Positions 54,296-63,609 of a DNA stretch of 64,000 bases are shown here, in pieces (positions within the stretch are counted from its first letter, which is position 1; each line of letters opens with the position of its first letter). The translations under genes were made by a program, and so were the position numbers. The notes under the pieces are model-generated. The model was not told the DNA's origin and made no database searches. It saw only the letters and a list, made by a program, of their open reading frames with translations. The stretch lies in sequence record MW812341.1; one strand, 5' to 3'.

Positions 54296-54739
54296 TCAGT
54301 TCAACATGTAAATCACGACGTTATCGTCGACCATACCTGCCAGTCGCTTATAGAAAGTATTGTACTTGTTGTGGTAGAAATAGATTCCTGAATCCACAAC
54401 AAACACTTTCTTCCATTTACGCGTGTTAACGAACTGATGGAAACTTTTCCCTGGTAGGAATGTGGCCTTCGGGCCATTAGGGAAACGCTGTGCGTATTCA
54501 TCTTTGATGAGGCCACACAGACGCCCCTGCGCCAATACCAGCGTGTCTTCTGTTAACTGTTTGTACATCCAGGAAGTCATTCCTTTCTGTCGCCCAGCAC
54601 CCAGGTGAATCGTACGGAATTCACCCAGGTAGATTTCACGGGTTGGTGCCATGTTTCGTACAGCCTGGCTCGAGATACCGTCCATGCTCTTGGTCAGCTC
54701 TTGCACCACAATATCGTAATTGATTAGGGTCTTAGACAC
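54296..54739 (-). CDS. hypothetical protein, degenerate P-loop-like (about 147 aa)
   Basis: TIHLGAGRQKGMT and VFVVD resemble Walker A/B without the catalytic Lys; GTG start 54739. Confidence 0.7.
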   Translation of the reverse strand: MSKTLINYDIVVQELTKSMDGISSQAVRNMAPTREIYLGEFRTIHLGAGRQKGMTSWMYKQLTEDTLVLAQGRLCGLIKDEYAQRFPNGPKATFLPGKSFHQFVNTRKWKKVFVVDSGIYFYHNKYNTFYKRLAGMVDDNVVIYMLN

Positions 54740-54749
54740 TGTATTTACC

Positions 54750-55583
54750 TTATTCGTCGATGTTAGGGAGATCAGTAGCCGGTGCAACTTCACCTGCTGC
54801 TTCTTTTTCCGCCTGTTGGCGTTCTACTTCTTCGTTCAGGCCAGCAATCAGTTTTTCCTGAATTGCCTTCCAGTCCGGGTTCAGCCACAGCTGAATAGAA
54901 TGGTTGCCGTAAACTTCGAAGACTTCTTTCCAGCCTTCTACCGGAGTATCAGACAGGGTTCCTTTACGGCAGATATATGCCGCTTCACTGAAGAACTCTT
55001 CCAGCTCGTTTGCTTCGAGCAGGTCGACCATATGCCAAATTGGCGTCAGTTCGTGATCAACAATGATTTTGTAATCGTACTCAACCGTCTCACCGGTCGG
55101 GGAGAAGTTCTTATCGTCGTCACCTTCGAAGGTGATAAACATCGGCAGGCGGTCTGGATGCGATTCGATGTTAACCCAGCCACGCCACATTTCTTTACCA
55201 GAGCTTGCCGCTTCTGCTGGAATGCGTTCCATTACGTCCATGTGGACGATGACCGCTTCTTCTGTCCAACCGTACTGCTGACACAACAGCTTCGTCAGCG
55301 TAGCCTTACGCTCAGACAGGTCAACGCCTTCATTCACGCGATACACTGGCACCTGCATCTTACGCGGGTCGTCGTAGGTACGGCCTTCAATCTGACGGAA
55401 GTCCTGACCTACGGTAATCTGACCTTCGTAAGTGGTATCACCCAGCACTACCGAGTCAACCTTATTGGTACCCAGCAGTTCGTGGAGGTGTGCCAGGTCA
55501 CGAGCACCCACAGCGCCGTAGAAATAAGGAGCCATCGGAGAAGAGTAAGCGCAATCGGTGAAGAAGAACAGTTTGTTTGTCAT
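54750..55583 (-). CDS. hypothetical acidic protein (277 aa)
   Basis: ORF; highly expressed codon bias. Confidence 0.85.
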   Translation of the reverse strand: MTNKLFFFTDCAYSSPMAPYFYGAVGARDLAHLHELLGTNKVDSVVLGDTTYEGQITVGQDFRQIEGRTYDDPRKMQVPVYRVNEGVDLSERKATLTKLLCQQYGWTEEAVIVHMDVMERIPAEAASSGKEMWRGWVNIESHPDRLPMFITFEGDDDKNFSPTGETVEYDYKIIVDHELTPIWHMVDLLEANELEEFFSEAAYICRKGTLSDTPVEGWKEVFEVYGNHSIQLWLNPDWKAIQEKLIAGLNEEVERQQAEKEAAGEVAPATDLPNIDE

Positions 55584-56045
55584 TTAGGTTTCCACGTATG
55601 TGATTTTAAAGGTGCCCGGCTTATCGGTTGGGGTAATGAACAACCCCATCTCATAAACCAGGTCGATATCGTCGCCAATGTACAATCGTGCATTGTCATG
55701 TACCAAGTGGTAATCCTCATCATTCAGAATACCAGCAAGACTACCGACGTGCGTGTACGGCACGGCTTTCAAAATGCTTTCCAGGTTCGCACGGGTTACT
55801 TCGATTTCCAATAACCGCGTACGTCCGGCGTAACAGGAGTTCATGAAACCATAGGGATCGGAGAAGAAGTAAACACAACCTTCGAATGTCCGACTTACGC
55901 TACTGACACGGTCAAGTATCAGCGCCCACCAGTACATATCAGTTGGCGGTACTGTAAATACTTTCGGTTCCCCGCCCTGAGGGTCAGGAATCCAAATTGC
56001 AGCATCCTCCAACTTCTTAGGTTGGAACTTCAATACGTCACCCAT
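55584..56045 (-). CDS. hypothetical protein (153 aa)
   Basis: ORF with AAGGAG RBS. Confidence 0.8.
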   Translation of the reverse strand: MGDVLKFQPKKLEDAAIWIPDPQGGEPKVFTVPPTDMYWWALILDRVSSVSRTFEGCVYFFSDPYGFMNSCYAGRTRLLEIEVTRANLESILKAVPYTHVGSLAGILNDEDYHLVHDNARLYIGDDIDLVYEMGLFITPTDKPGTFKITYVET

Positions 56046-56054
56046 GGGGTCTCC

Positions 56055-57278
56055 TTAAATAGCAACTGGTGCTTTTATCGCAGGATGTGGATCGTAGCCC
56101 GTAAGCTCAAAGTCTTCGAACTTATAATCGAAGATAGAGTCCGGCTTACGCAGAATTCTCAACTTCGGTAAAGGTCGTGGGTCACGAGACAGCTGAAGTT
56201 TAACCTGCTCTTCGTGATTGCTGTAGATGTGCACATCACCGCCCGTCCATACGAAATCACCGACAGTCATGTTGACCTGTTGGGCTACCATGTGAATCAA
56301 CAGTGCGTAGGATGCGATGTTAAACGGGACGCCTAAGAACATGTCAGCGCTACGCTGATACAGCTGACAGGAAAGCTCACGCTTAGGCATATCGTTAGCA
56401 TCAAGCCAGGCTTCGGCATCGGCTTGCGTAAGCCCAGAACCCGCCCAGTCTTCGTAGAAGTCAGCATGGTCGTGAACATAAAGCAGTCGTTCTTCTACAG
56501 ACAGCTCACGGGTGTAGAACTGGAAGAAGGTGTGACATGGGGCTAATGCCATTTCATCCAATTCACCCACGTTCCAGGCACTGACGATAATACGACGGTT
56601 GTCCGGATCGTTACGCAGCTGATCAATAACCGTACTGATTTGGTCATAGCTTTTCGTCAACACGGTGCAAACACCATAGTCCGGTTCAGAGATACCGGTA
56701 AGACGAACCTTATAACCTTTGTCAATGAGTCTCTTAATCTCATCGGTATCCGCGTTATTGACGATGCGTGTGTCTTGCCAGTCACGCCACTGCTTACCGT
56801 AGACCGGGCCGAGTTCCCCCTGTACTGCTATTTTGCGGAGCCCAATCCGTGGAACGTTTTGAGCATCGAGTACCGCCATCGACTCTTCATCATCGCCAGC
56901 TAACAGACCCGCTTCCCACTCTTTATACCAATCGGTGGTTTCACCGTTGATAGAGCTGCGGTCACGTAAGAAGGCGGTACGTTCAGCCAACGTATACGTG
57001 CATTGAACGGTGTGGAGTTCATCACGAGCCCATTCGTCCCAGATAGTGACGTTGTTGGCATTCAGATACTCGATGTTGGTATCGCCCTGGAGGAACCATA
57101 ACAGTTCATGGATGATTGAACGCAGATGAACTTTCTTGGTCGTCACCAGAGGAAAACTGTCTTTCAGGCTAAAGCGCATCTGTGCGCCGAGCACAGACGT
57201 GGTGCCCGTACCGGTACGGTCTTTCTTTACATGTCCGTCGCGACGGACTTGATTTAGGAGGATGAGATACTGGTGCAT
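56055..57278 (-). CDS. thyA: thymidylate synthase with large insertions
   Basis: [62 protein letters not shown]. Confidence 0.97.
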   Translation of the reverse strand: MHQYLILLNQVRRDGHVKKDRTGTGTTSVLGAQMRFSLKDSFPLVTTKKVHLRSIIHELLWFLQGDTNIEYLNANNVTIWDEWARDELHTVQCTYTLAERTAFLRDRSSINGETTDWYKEWEAGLLAGDDEESMAVLDAQNVPRIGLRKIAVQGELGPVYGKQWRDWQDTRIVNNADTDEIKRLIDKGYKVRLTGISEPDYGVCTVLTKSYDQISTVIDQLRNDPDNRRIIVSAWNVGELDEMALAPCHTFFQFYTRELSVEERLLYVHDHADFYEDWAGSGLTQADAEAWLDANDMPKRELSCQLYQRSADMFLGVPFNIASYALLIHMVAQQVNMTVGDFVWTGGDVHIYSNHEEQVKLQLSRDPRPLPKLRILRKPDSIFDYKFEDFELTGYDPHPAIKAPVAI

Positions 57279-58183
57279 ATTTTATTTTGATCCTTACTGA
57301 GTGTGTCTAATAACCACGCCAGGTCTTCATTGGCATTAACATTGATTTCGCCCCCAATCTTTGACACCACGAATTGTGGAGAACGCTCGAACAGCAGATG
57401 CCGCCATTTATCGGCCCCACGAATATATTTATCCAGTAGGTTGTCCAGACGATCTTCCATCTTACGCTTAACGGTTTCGAGGTGATGTATTCCAACAATC
57501 TCACCAATCATACGTTGGCGAAGTTCGTCGAACTGTCCCCGGAGCGCCACGGTGATGTACTGAGAAATGGCGAAGCCCGAAGGCTCGACTTTCACAGGAG
57601 GGTTCCCGTGTGTATCAACGAACGTCATTGAGTGTTCTGGTCTTGGGCCGAACTGACCGAATTCATTGAGCTGCCCATCCTTCTTAATGATGGAAGTCAC
57701 AGCGTTCACCACACAACGGTCAAGATAGAAACCGCCTTTGCGGGCCACGGCTTTTAACGCCTCGATAGACTGGCCTACCGACTCTAACGCCACCGCCCGA
57801 GACAAACGTGTACCGGCTACGGAATCCCAGTGACCCAAATCTGACAACGCACGTACGGTTTCTGCAACCAGCAGTTTCACTTGTACCGGTCGAGACTGCG
57901 AATCGAACCGCCCAGTAGTATCTCTTTGGAATTGATACTCAAACTCTTCGGCAGTGATGCCCGTGAACGCACAGCAGGTGAATAGGTTCGCCAACAGATT
58001 ACCCGCAGCCGCAGCAACATCTAACCCGTTCATCTTCTGCACACCCTCGGCCAGTGTGCCGAGGTAACGATACATTTTCAAACACTGCTGGTCGAGTGTT
58101 CCGTGACGATACACCAACGCGTTTTGGTTCCACGCGTTTAACATCTGGAACTGGGGTAAGGTCGGATGAATTTTATCCGGCAT
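57254..58183 (-). CDS. hypothetical protein with degenerate MazG-like helices (309 aa)
   Basis: [17 protein letters not shown]...[11 protein letters not shown] pattern lacking the acidic metal ligands. Confidence 0.75.
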   Translation of the reverse strand: MPDKIHPTLPQFQMLNAWNQNALVYRHGTLDQQCLKMYRYLGTLAEGVQKMNGLDVAAAAGNLLANLFTCCAFTGITAEEFEYQFQRDTTGRFDSQSRPVQVKLLVAETVRALSDLGHWDSVAGTRLSRAVALESVGQSIEALKAVARKGGFYLDRCVVNAVTSIIKKDGQLNEFGQFGPRPEHSMTFVDTHGNPPVKVEPSGFAISQYITVALRGQFDELRQRMIGEIVGIHHLETVKRKMEDRLDNLLDKYIRGADKWRHLLFERSPQFVVSKIGGEINVNANEDLAWLLDTLSKDQNKICTSISSS

Positions 58184-58622
58184 GTTCAATCTCCTCAAGT
58201 GCGTCTTCCAACTGGACAGCAGCGTGGGCGTAGCTGATCATGTACGACAGTCCGTTATCTTCATTAGAGCGGTACACCAGGATACTGATTACGCCGTTGT
58301 CTAATAAGGTTGGTGCCATACCCTGCGACACAGGACGCTCAGCGGCCCTAGACAGCGCCCCAAGCATACGCCAGCTACTAACACGGCTAGTGAACTCACC
58401 GTGCTTGAGCAGCGCCTTACCGGTCGAGCGTGGGATGTGGAAGGCAAACATCTGACCGCACTTCTCCACGTTCGCATTCAGATTGATTTCATTCGTAACA
58501 ACAATGCGGGCTTTCTCACCCAGACGCTTCACCAACACCTGCCAGTGATGGTTAAAGGTAGAGTCGATACGTTTGCCGTTTAACAGCAAGCCAACAGATG
58601 GGGAAAACGTCAAGTTATTCAT
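58173..58622 (-). CDS. hypothetical protein (149 aa)
   Basis: Start at ATG 58622 (upstream extension crosses a terminator). Confidence 0.75.
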   Translation of the reverse strand: MNNLTFSPSVGLLLNGKRIDSTFNHHWQVLVKRLGEKARIVVTNEINLNANVEKCGQMFAFHIPRSTGKALLKHGEFTSRVSSWRMLGALSRAAERPVSQGMAPTLLDNGVISILVYRSNEDNGLSYMISYAHAAVQLEDALEEIEHAG

Positions 58623-58671
58623 GATTATTATTCCATTGAGGTTTTGTACATAATCTGCGCACCATACGTGA

Positions 58672-58705
58672 AAAAAGAAAAAAGGAATCCACCCCGAAGG
58701 GTGGA
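58672..58705 (-). terminator. intrinsic terminator
   Basis: TCCACCC-CGAA-GGGTGGA with U-tract on -. Confidence 0.8.
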
Positions 58706-58710
58706 CTCGC

Positions 58711-59370
58711 TTACAGACTGATGACGTTATCCCAATAATCGCGCAGGAACACCTGGTCTTCCTGATTGCTCGGACGACTTGGCATTGCTTCTTCGACTTC
58801 GAACGGAATGAACTCACGGATAGATTCCAGTTCAAAGCGTTCGACTTCCAGTTCAACCTTCACCCACTCGCCGTAAGAGGTGCCTGCTTCGGCGGTGCTT
58901 ACAACGTCATTGAGTGCTTGCTGGTCAGGAATCATTGGTCGACCCTGATAAGCGTAGAACACATCAATGTCCCAGTGCTTCCCGCCCTTCTCTTTCAGTT
59001 CACCGGCATCCAATGAGATACGGCGTACCAAGTGAGCGGCATGGCCGTCACCGTAGAAGGTCAGTGCAGTCGCCAGACCGATGTCAGAGTTCTCTTCCAC
59101 CGTACCGGTTTCTTCTGTCCAACGCTTGAGCGTAAGCTGTGCTTTGTCCGTATGAATACGAACACGACGGCGTCCACCTGCGATAGGCATCAGGACATCC
59201 AGATGGAAGTCACCCTTCTGCTCGTACAGCCAACGCCAACCTTCAACAGTCGGCTTGACCCACATGCAGTATTCTTTCTCTTTCTCAGTGGAGACAGATT
59301 CACGAGCGACTTTAACAACCTCGCCCTCCATCTTCTTATCCACTTCATCAATCACATCCAGTAATGACAT
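58711..59370 (-). CDS. CYTH-superfamily (triphosphate tunnel) protein
   Basis: EKEKEY (ExExK-like), RVRI, LTLKR, VEEN, WDIDVF, VKVELEV motifs. Confidence 0.75.
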   Translation of the reverse strand: MSLLDVIDEVDKKMEGEVVKVARESVSTEKEKEYCMWVKPTVEGWRWLYEQKGDFHLDVLMPIAGGRRRVRIHTDKAQLTLKRWTEETGTVEENSDIGLATALTFYGDGHAAHLVRRISLDAGELKEKGGKHWDIDVFYAYQGRPMIPDQQALNDVVSTAEAGTSYGEWVKVELEVERFELESIREFIPFEVEEAMPSRPSNQEDQVFLRDYWDNVISL

Positions 59371-59373
59371 GGA

Positions 59374-60375
59374 TTACTCCAGTAGTTTAATGACCTCTTC
59401 GGGGTCAAACGTGTTTGAGTACGGATCGATATGTTCAACAATCCGAGTAATCAAATTAGGCAACCACTCCGAGAACTTCGGTCGCATGATACGACCATTC
59501 ATCACGTAGTAGTGGTCTAACGGTACACCCTGCTGAACAATCTCAGCCAGCACGTTACCCAGACAACGGCCATCGTACTGTAAGACGTTCAACTTGCGTA
59601 CTAGCGCTATCATAAAACAACGCTCAGCATGCTCAGAGAACGCCCCTGGACGGTAGTTACTGCCACCGTAGATACCACGCTTCACTTCACGACCAACGCG
59701 GATAGAGGTTGCACCGTCGAGACGATACAATTCATCCAGCTCCGGGAACGCCCGGATGTGGTCTTGCAGAATACAGATATCCCGCATCAACGGATCAACG
59801 TCTTTCGACCCTTCTCCCATGGCGATGAAATAATCCAACACCCGAAGAACGTGGTAATAGCCTTCCAACGTTTTGAATCGACCGTGTGGCGTATCAAACC
59901 CAACGTCTGCGGCGGACTCAAAGTTGCTGGCCATCTTACCTACCTCAGTGCGTGCCTGAGAATAGATGTTGTAATGATTAAGGCCGTCACTTGATGGGTT
60001 CCGGTCTGCATGCATGGAACGGCATCCCAATGAACGCAGATAGCGCACGTAGCACTCGCGGGCGACAGGCCCAAGATTATCTGGGAGTCGTGTAACGTCG
60101 TACGCCAAGATACCTTCGTTAGAATCGAAACCAAAGCGGTGCGCCATACCGTTGCCGAATAACGCATCATGCTCTTTACTGCGAAATGCTTCTATCCTTT
60201 CAGACAGAAGAAGAGACGAATCAAACGCCTTCTCTTCTTTGATGAACTTCAAAAATTGGTTATGTAACAGGCGTCCGGCAACCTGCCGACAAACCGTACC
60301 ATCCCATTCACCCGCACGAAACATTTCGTTTACTAACTGTTCCCGTGCCTGCATTTCATTCTTCGACATATTCAC
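59374..60375 (-). CDS. hypothetical protein with possible NADAR-like C-terminal domain
   Basis: HYNIYSQARTEVGKMASNF...TPHGRFKTLEGYYH resembles LSNF...F.SVE..Y NADAR signature. Confidence 0.6.
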   Translation of the reverse strand: MNMSKNEMQAREQLVNEMFRAGEWDGTVCRQVAGRLLHNQFLKFIKEEKAFDSSLLLSERIEAFRSKEHDALFGNGMAHRFGFDSNEGILAYDVTRLPDNLGPVARECYVRYLRSLGCRSMHADRNPSSDGLNHYNIYSQARTEVGKMASNFESAADVGFDTPHGRFKTLEGYYHVLRVLDYFIAMGEGSKDVDPLMRDICILQDHIRAFPELDELYRLDGATSIRVGREVKRGIYGGSNYRPGAFSEHAERCFMIALVRKLNVLQYDGRCLGNVLAEIVQQGVPLDHYYVMNGRIMRPKFSEWLPNLITRIVEHIDPYSNTFDPEEVIKLLE

Positions 60376-60378
60376 ACC

Positions 60379-61662
60379 TTAAATCGGAAAGAACTGGTCT
60401 ACCAGGATATCGGTAGTCACTAGACGACGATTGCCCGCAGCACAAACAAAAGGCCGCTTGACTGTCGTAATCAACGCCTGGATAGCATTGCTGTTGCAGT
60501 AGGTGTACGGCAACAGTTCAGTACGCACAGGAGTCTTCGTGGACTTATCCCAGTTTGGATTCAGTGAGTTACACAAAGCCAATACACGCTGGCCTAATGC
60601 TTTAAACCCCTCACCATCATTGGTCTGGAGATTCCGCAGCAATGCAGGAATCACGTCGGGCGCTAACTCACGCCCTTGACCAGGCTGGAGTTTGGTAATG
60701 TAATACTCGACAGAATCGAGCTTACCAATCCCCGCCGCTTGAACCAATAGCTCGCCATACAACGCGGCTTTTGCTACAGGGTCAGTGATGGCGTCCACCA
60801 TCGGATCGGTTTTCTCAGGCAGGCCGTATTCAGATAGCTTACTCGAGATACCGTAGATGAGTGCAGACGAGGTTCCGATATCCAGACTACGAATATCGTC
60901 TGACTTTCCGGTAAAGCTGCTAATCAGATTGTCGATGGCCAGATAGTCATCGAAATCTTTGAAGGTGTCGAAGGTGTGTTTCGCCCCATCAATAACAGAA
61001 GTGATTTCATACTTGGCGTTATTAAATGCCGAGGTATAGCTGTACACTTCCTGCTGGATTTCCCCAGGTAAGCGAGAGAGTTGCCCCGCTAACTGCATGG
61101 TGGATTCCAGACGTTTCTTCACGGCGTCGTAGTTTGTTCCTACTGCGCTGAGTGCCCCATCGCGAATGTCTTTCAGTTTCTGGAAACCTTGGGACAGCAA
61201 ATTGCCTGCCTTGCCGGGTTGCAGATAACCCATAACCCCAGTGGCTGCCTCGTTAGCCGCTTTGAACGGCTCAGAGACATCTCGCTTCATCGGGTCGAGG
61301 GTCGGCAGTGTCCCTTTCGGATCGTTAGCGAAGCCAGCAATACGGTTCGTAGGCGAAGCGCCTGAGTCCCCTGAGCCCGCAGATTGTACTGCGTTGCTGG
61401 ATGCTAAGTCACTGCCCCCGAACAAGTTACCCACTTTACTGGTGAGTCCACTTGCCCCCTCACTGATACTGTTCCAAGTTTCCCCGGCCTTTTCAGTTAC
61501 GTTATCATAGAGGTTAGACGCAGCTTCAACACCACGCTGCGCACTGTCGACGGTATTCTGGACACGGTTAACGGCATCAGCGGCTTTATACTGCACCTGG
61601 TCGGCAGCATTACCGACATCACTGATTCGACCGGTGAAGTTGTCAAAACTATTCTGTGCCAT
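60379..61662 (-). CDS. probable virion protein (427 aa, Ala/Ser/Gly-rich N-terminus)
   Basis: Long ORF; helical low-complexity N-terminus. Confidence 0.75.
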   Translation of the reverse strand: MAQNSFDNFTGRISDVGNAADQVQYKAADAVNRVQNTVDSAQRGVEAASNLYDNVTEKAGETWNSISEGASGLTSKVGNLFGGSDLASSNAVQSAGSGDSGASPTNRIAGFANDPKGTLPTLDPMKRDVSEPFKAANEAATGVMGYLQPGKAGNLLSQGFQKLKDIRDGALSAVGTNYDAVKKRLESTMQLAGQLSRLPGEIQQEVYSYTSAFNNAKYEITSVIDGAKHTFDTFKDFDDYLAIDNLISSFTGKSDDIRSLDIGTSSALIYGISSKLSEYGLPEKTDPMVDAITDPVAKAALYGELLVQAAGIGKLDSVEYYITKLQPGQGRELAPDVIPALLRNLQTNDGEGFKALGQRVLALCNSLNPNWDKSTKTPVRTELLPYTYCNSNAIQALITTVKRPFVCAAGNRRLVTTDILVDQFFPI

Positions 61663-62491
61663 CGCTATTACTCCGTAGTACGAGTTTGGTTAAGTCAATC
61701 GCCAGCTCAACTTCATGTTCCCATCCTTTAGAGTCACGCACCAGGAACACACAGGTTACTTCCCGCATGTCCATCGCTTTCAATGCCTGTAGAAAGCGTT
61801 TCCAGGTCAGCTTCTTCGTATAACGAATTGCTGATTCCAGATTGTGCCGCATGTCACTACGTCGGTTAGACAACGCAGGACAGTTCTTAGGGTTATTCAC
61901 ATAGGCTGCTGCTAAGCGCCGCCACATGTCTGCACGAATATCGTATTCGGCAAAGAAGCCCCAGAGTAACTTTAAAAGGATATGCTCCATCACTTTATTC
62001 GCCGTATTACGCGGGTTCTCGAAATAGTGATTAAGAGCATTGCTCGCTGATCGCCTCACGCTCTCCTCATCTTCACGATTTAACGTCTTCAATAAATCGA
62101 GATGGGGATGACAGGAAGCAGACACAGTTGCAGACGACCCGAACTTGCCTCGCTTACCTTTCATAGTTATTGTCAACGTGTCAATACCCAGAAGTACCAG
62201 ACCCTCAATGAAACGCTTCCAGGTCAAGTCAACGCCCACCCCCGGCATGTTACCACTCGTTAGTGCCGTGGCTAATCGGGAGAGACGTTCGTTCGGTTCG
62301 GCAGTAGAGCGTCCACGATAGCGCTCATCGTGTGCAAACTCTCTCGCCTTTTCTTTCCAAATCTCAGGGGTAAGCCCCATCTTGGAAACAGTTTTCCAGT
62401 AGGCAGTCTGTAAGTATAGACCGATGGGGGTATCGCGTTCCGCCCCCTGGCGTATACTCATTACTACCTTATCATCGCGTTTCTTTGCCAT
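61649..62491 (-). CDS. hypothetical protein with two tandem homologous domains (280 aa)
   Basis: LTWKRFIEGL and LTWKRFLQAL repeated. Confidence 0.8.
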   Translation of the reverse strand: MAKKRDDKVVMSIRQGAERDTPIGLYLQTAYWKTVSKMGLTPEIWKEKAREFAHDERYRGRSTAEPNERLSRLATALTSGNMPGVGVDLTWKRFIEGLVLLGIDTLTITMKGKRGKFGSSATVSASCHPHLDLLKTLNREDEESVRRSASNALNHYFENPRNTANKVMEHILLKLLWGFFAEYDIRADMWRRLAAAYVNNPKNCPALSNRRSDMRHNLESAIRYTKKLTWKRFLQALKAMDMREVTCVFLVRDSKGWEHEVELAIDLTKLVLRSNSDGTE

Positions 62492-62521
62492 GCTTCACCT
62501 TGTTACAAGGGTGGAAGTCTG

Positions 62522-63058
62522 TCAGAGGTAGTGTTCCACTATACGCTCTAACTCGCGCAAGAGATGCCCTGCTCGGTTGGCCAGTACATCCTTATCAGCG
62601 TCGCCATCATCTTTATTGAAAGCTTCCCGATAAATATCTAAGAGACAGAAGATTTTACGGAGTTCATCCCGTGCCTTCTCTGAATCCTGGGTCGCGAAGT
62701 AATCGTCTAACCACTTGCGATTTGTAACATCTGCTTTTGCCTCCAGGGTTGTTGGATAGGAACTCCATTCCGGGTTGTGACCCGTCTCACCGATAACGCG
62801 ATTGTAATCACGAACTAAAAATAATAGTCGTTCATACGCGATTGTTACAGATGCACAACGGAGTTCTAAATGCCCCGTTAAAGGAAGAGGATGGTAATCT
62901 TCCTTACCATATACCAGCGGCTCTGTAAGCAGCTCTAAGCCTACCATGACTCGTTGGTGAAGGTTGTGGGCATTCTTATGGAACTCGCCTTCTAAAAAGC
63001 TTCTACGGCGTTTATAGACGTATCGCTTTAAAGGATTTGTGAGCCACTTGAATGACAT
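62522..63058 (-). CDS. hypothetical protein (178 aa)
   Basis: ORF with AAGGA RBS downstream of early promoter. Confidence 0.8.
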   Translation of the reverse strand: MSFKWLTNPLKRYVYKRRRSFLEGEFHKNAHNLHQRVMVGLELLTEPLVYGKEDYHPLPLTGHLELRCASVTIAYERLLFLVRDYNRVIGETGHNPEWSSYPTTLEAKADVTNRKWLDDYFATQDSEKARDELRKIFCLLDIYREAFNKDDGDADKDVLANRAGHLLRELERIVEHYL

Positions 63059-63082
63059 ATGTTGATCCTTAGTGAGCAGTAA

Positions 63083-63104
63083 CTCATGAAGATAATATCT
63101 GTCT
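63083..63104 (-). promoter_or_regulatory. putative early promoter
   Basis: Minus strand CAGACAGATATTATCTTCATGA. Confidence 0.5.
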
Positions 63105-63132
63105 GAGTTCTTTTTGAGATGAGGAATAATCC

Positions 63133-63609
63133 ATGAGCGAAGAAGCAGTGGTTAAATACCAAGCCTTCGACGGCGAAGTAGATGATGTAGAGTCGCTTCT
63201 TCGCCAGACACGTCAGGCACGTATCCGTATCGCTAACGAAATTATGGCTGAGCAGGGCGTCCACAAAGACAAGGATTTAGTCGGGTCTTTGGAGAAGATG
63301 CTTGCCGGTGTCGATAAGCAGGTTCTCGGTAAGCAGCGTGCGGAAGCTGCCAGTAAATCAGCCGGTGCGCAACAAGACGTGGCCAACGCCCTTAACAACT
63401 GGGTACGTGATAAGCGTGGTGCGCGTATCGAACGCCACGATGGCCCACCGGAAGGTGAAAATAGAGGATACCAACCCGCCATTCCACATATCCCTGATGG
63501 GGGACAAGGCGAAGGCGAGTTGGCACCGGTAGGAGAGAAAGTCGACGTAGAGCAGATTATGAAGACGGCGTTTTCTCAGCGTCCTGTGGACGAGGACGAC
63601 GAATACTAA
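63133..63609 (+). CDS. hypothetical protein (158 aa, helical, acidic tail)
   Basis: GAGGA RBS. Confidence 0.8.
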   Translation: MSEEAVVKYQAFDGEVDDVESLLRQTRQARIRIANEIMAEQGVHKDKDLVGSLEKMLAGVDKQVLGKQRAEAASKSAGAQQDVANALNNWVRDKRGARIERHDGPPEGENRGYQPAIPHIPDGGQGEGELAPVGEKVDVEQIMKTAFSQRPVDEDDEY

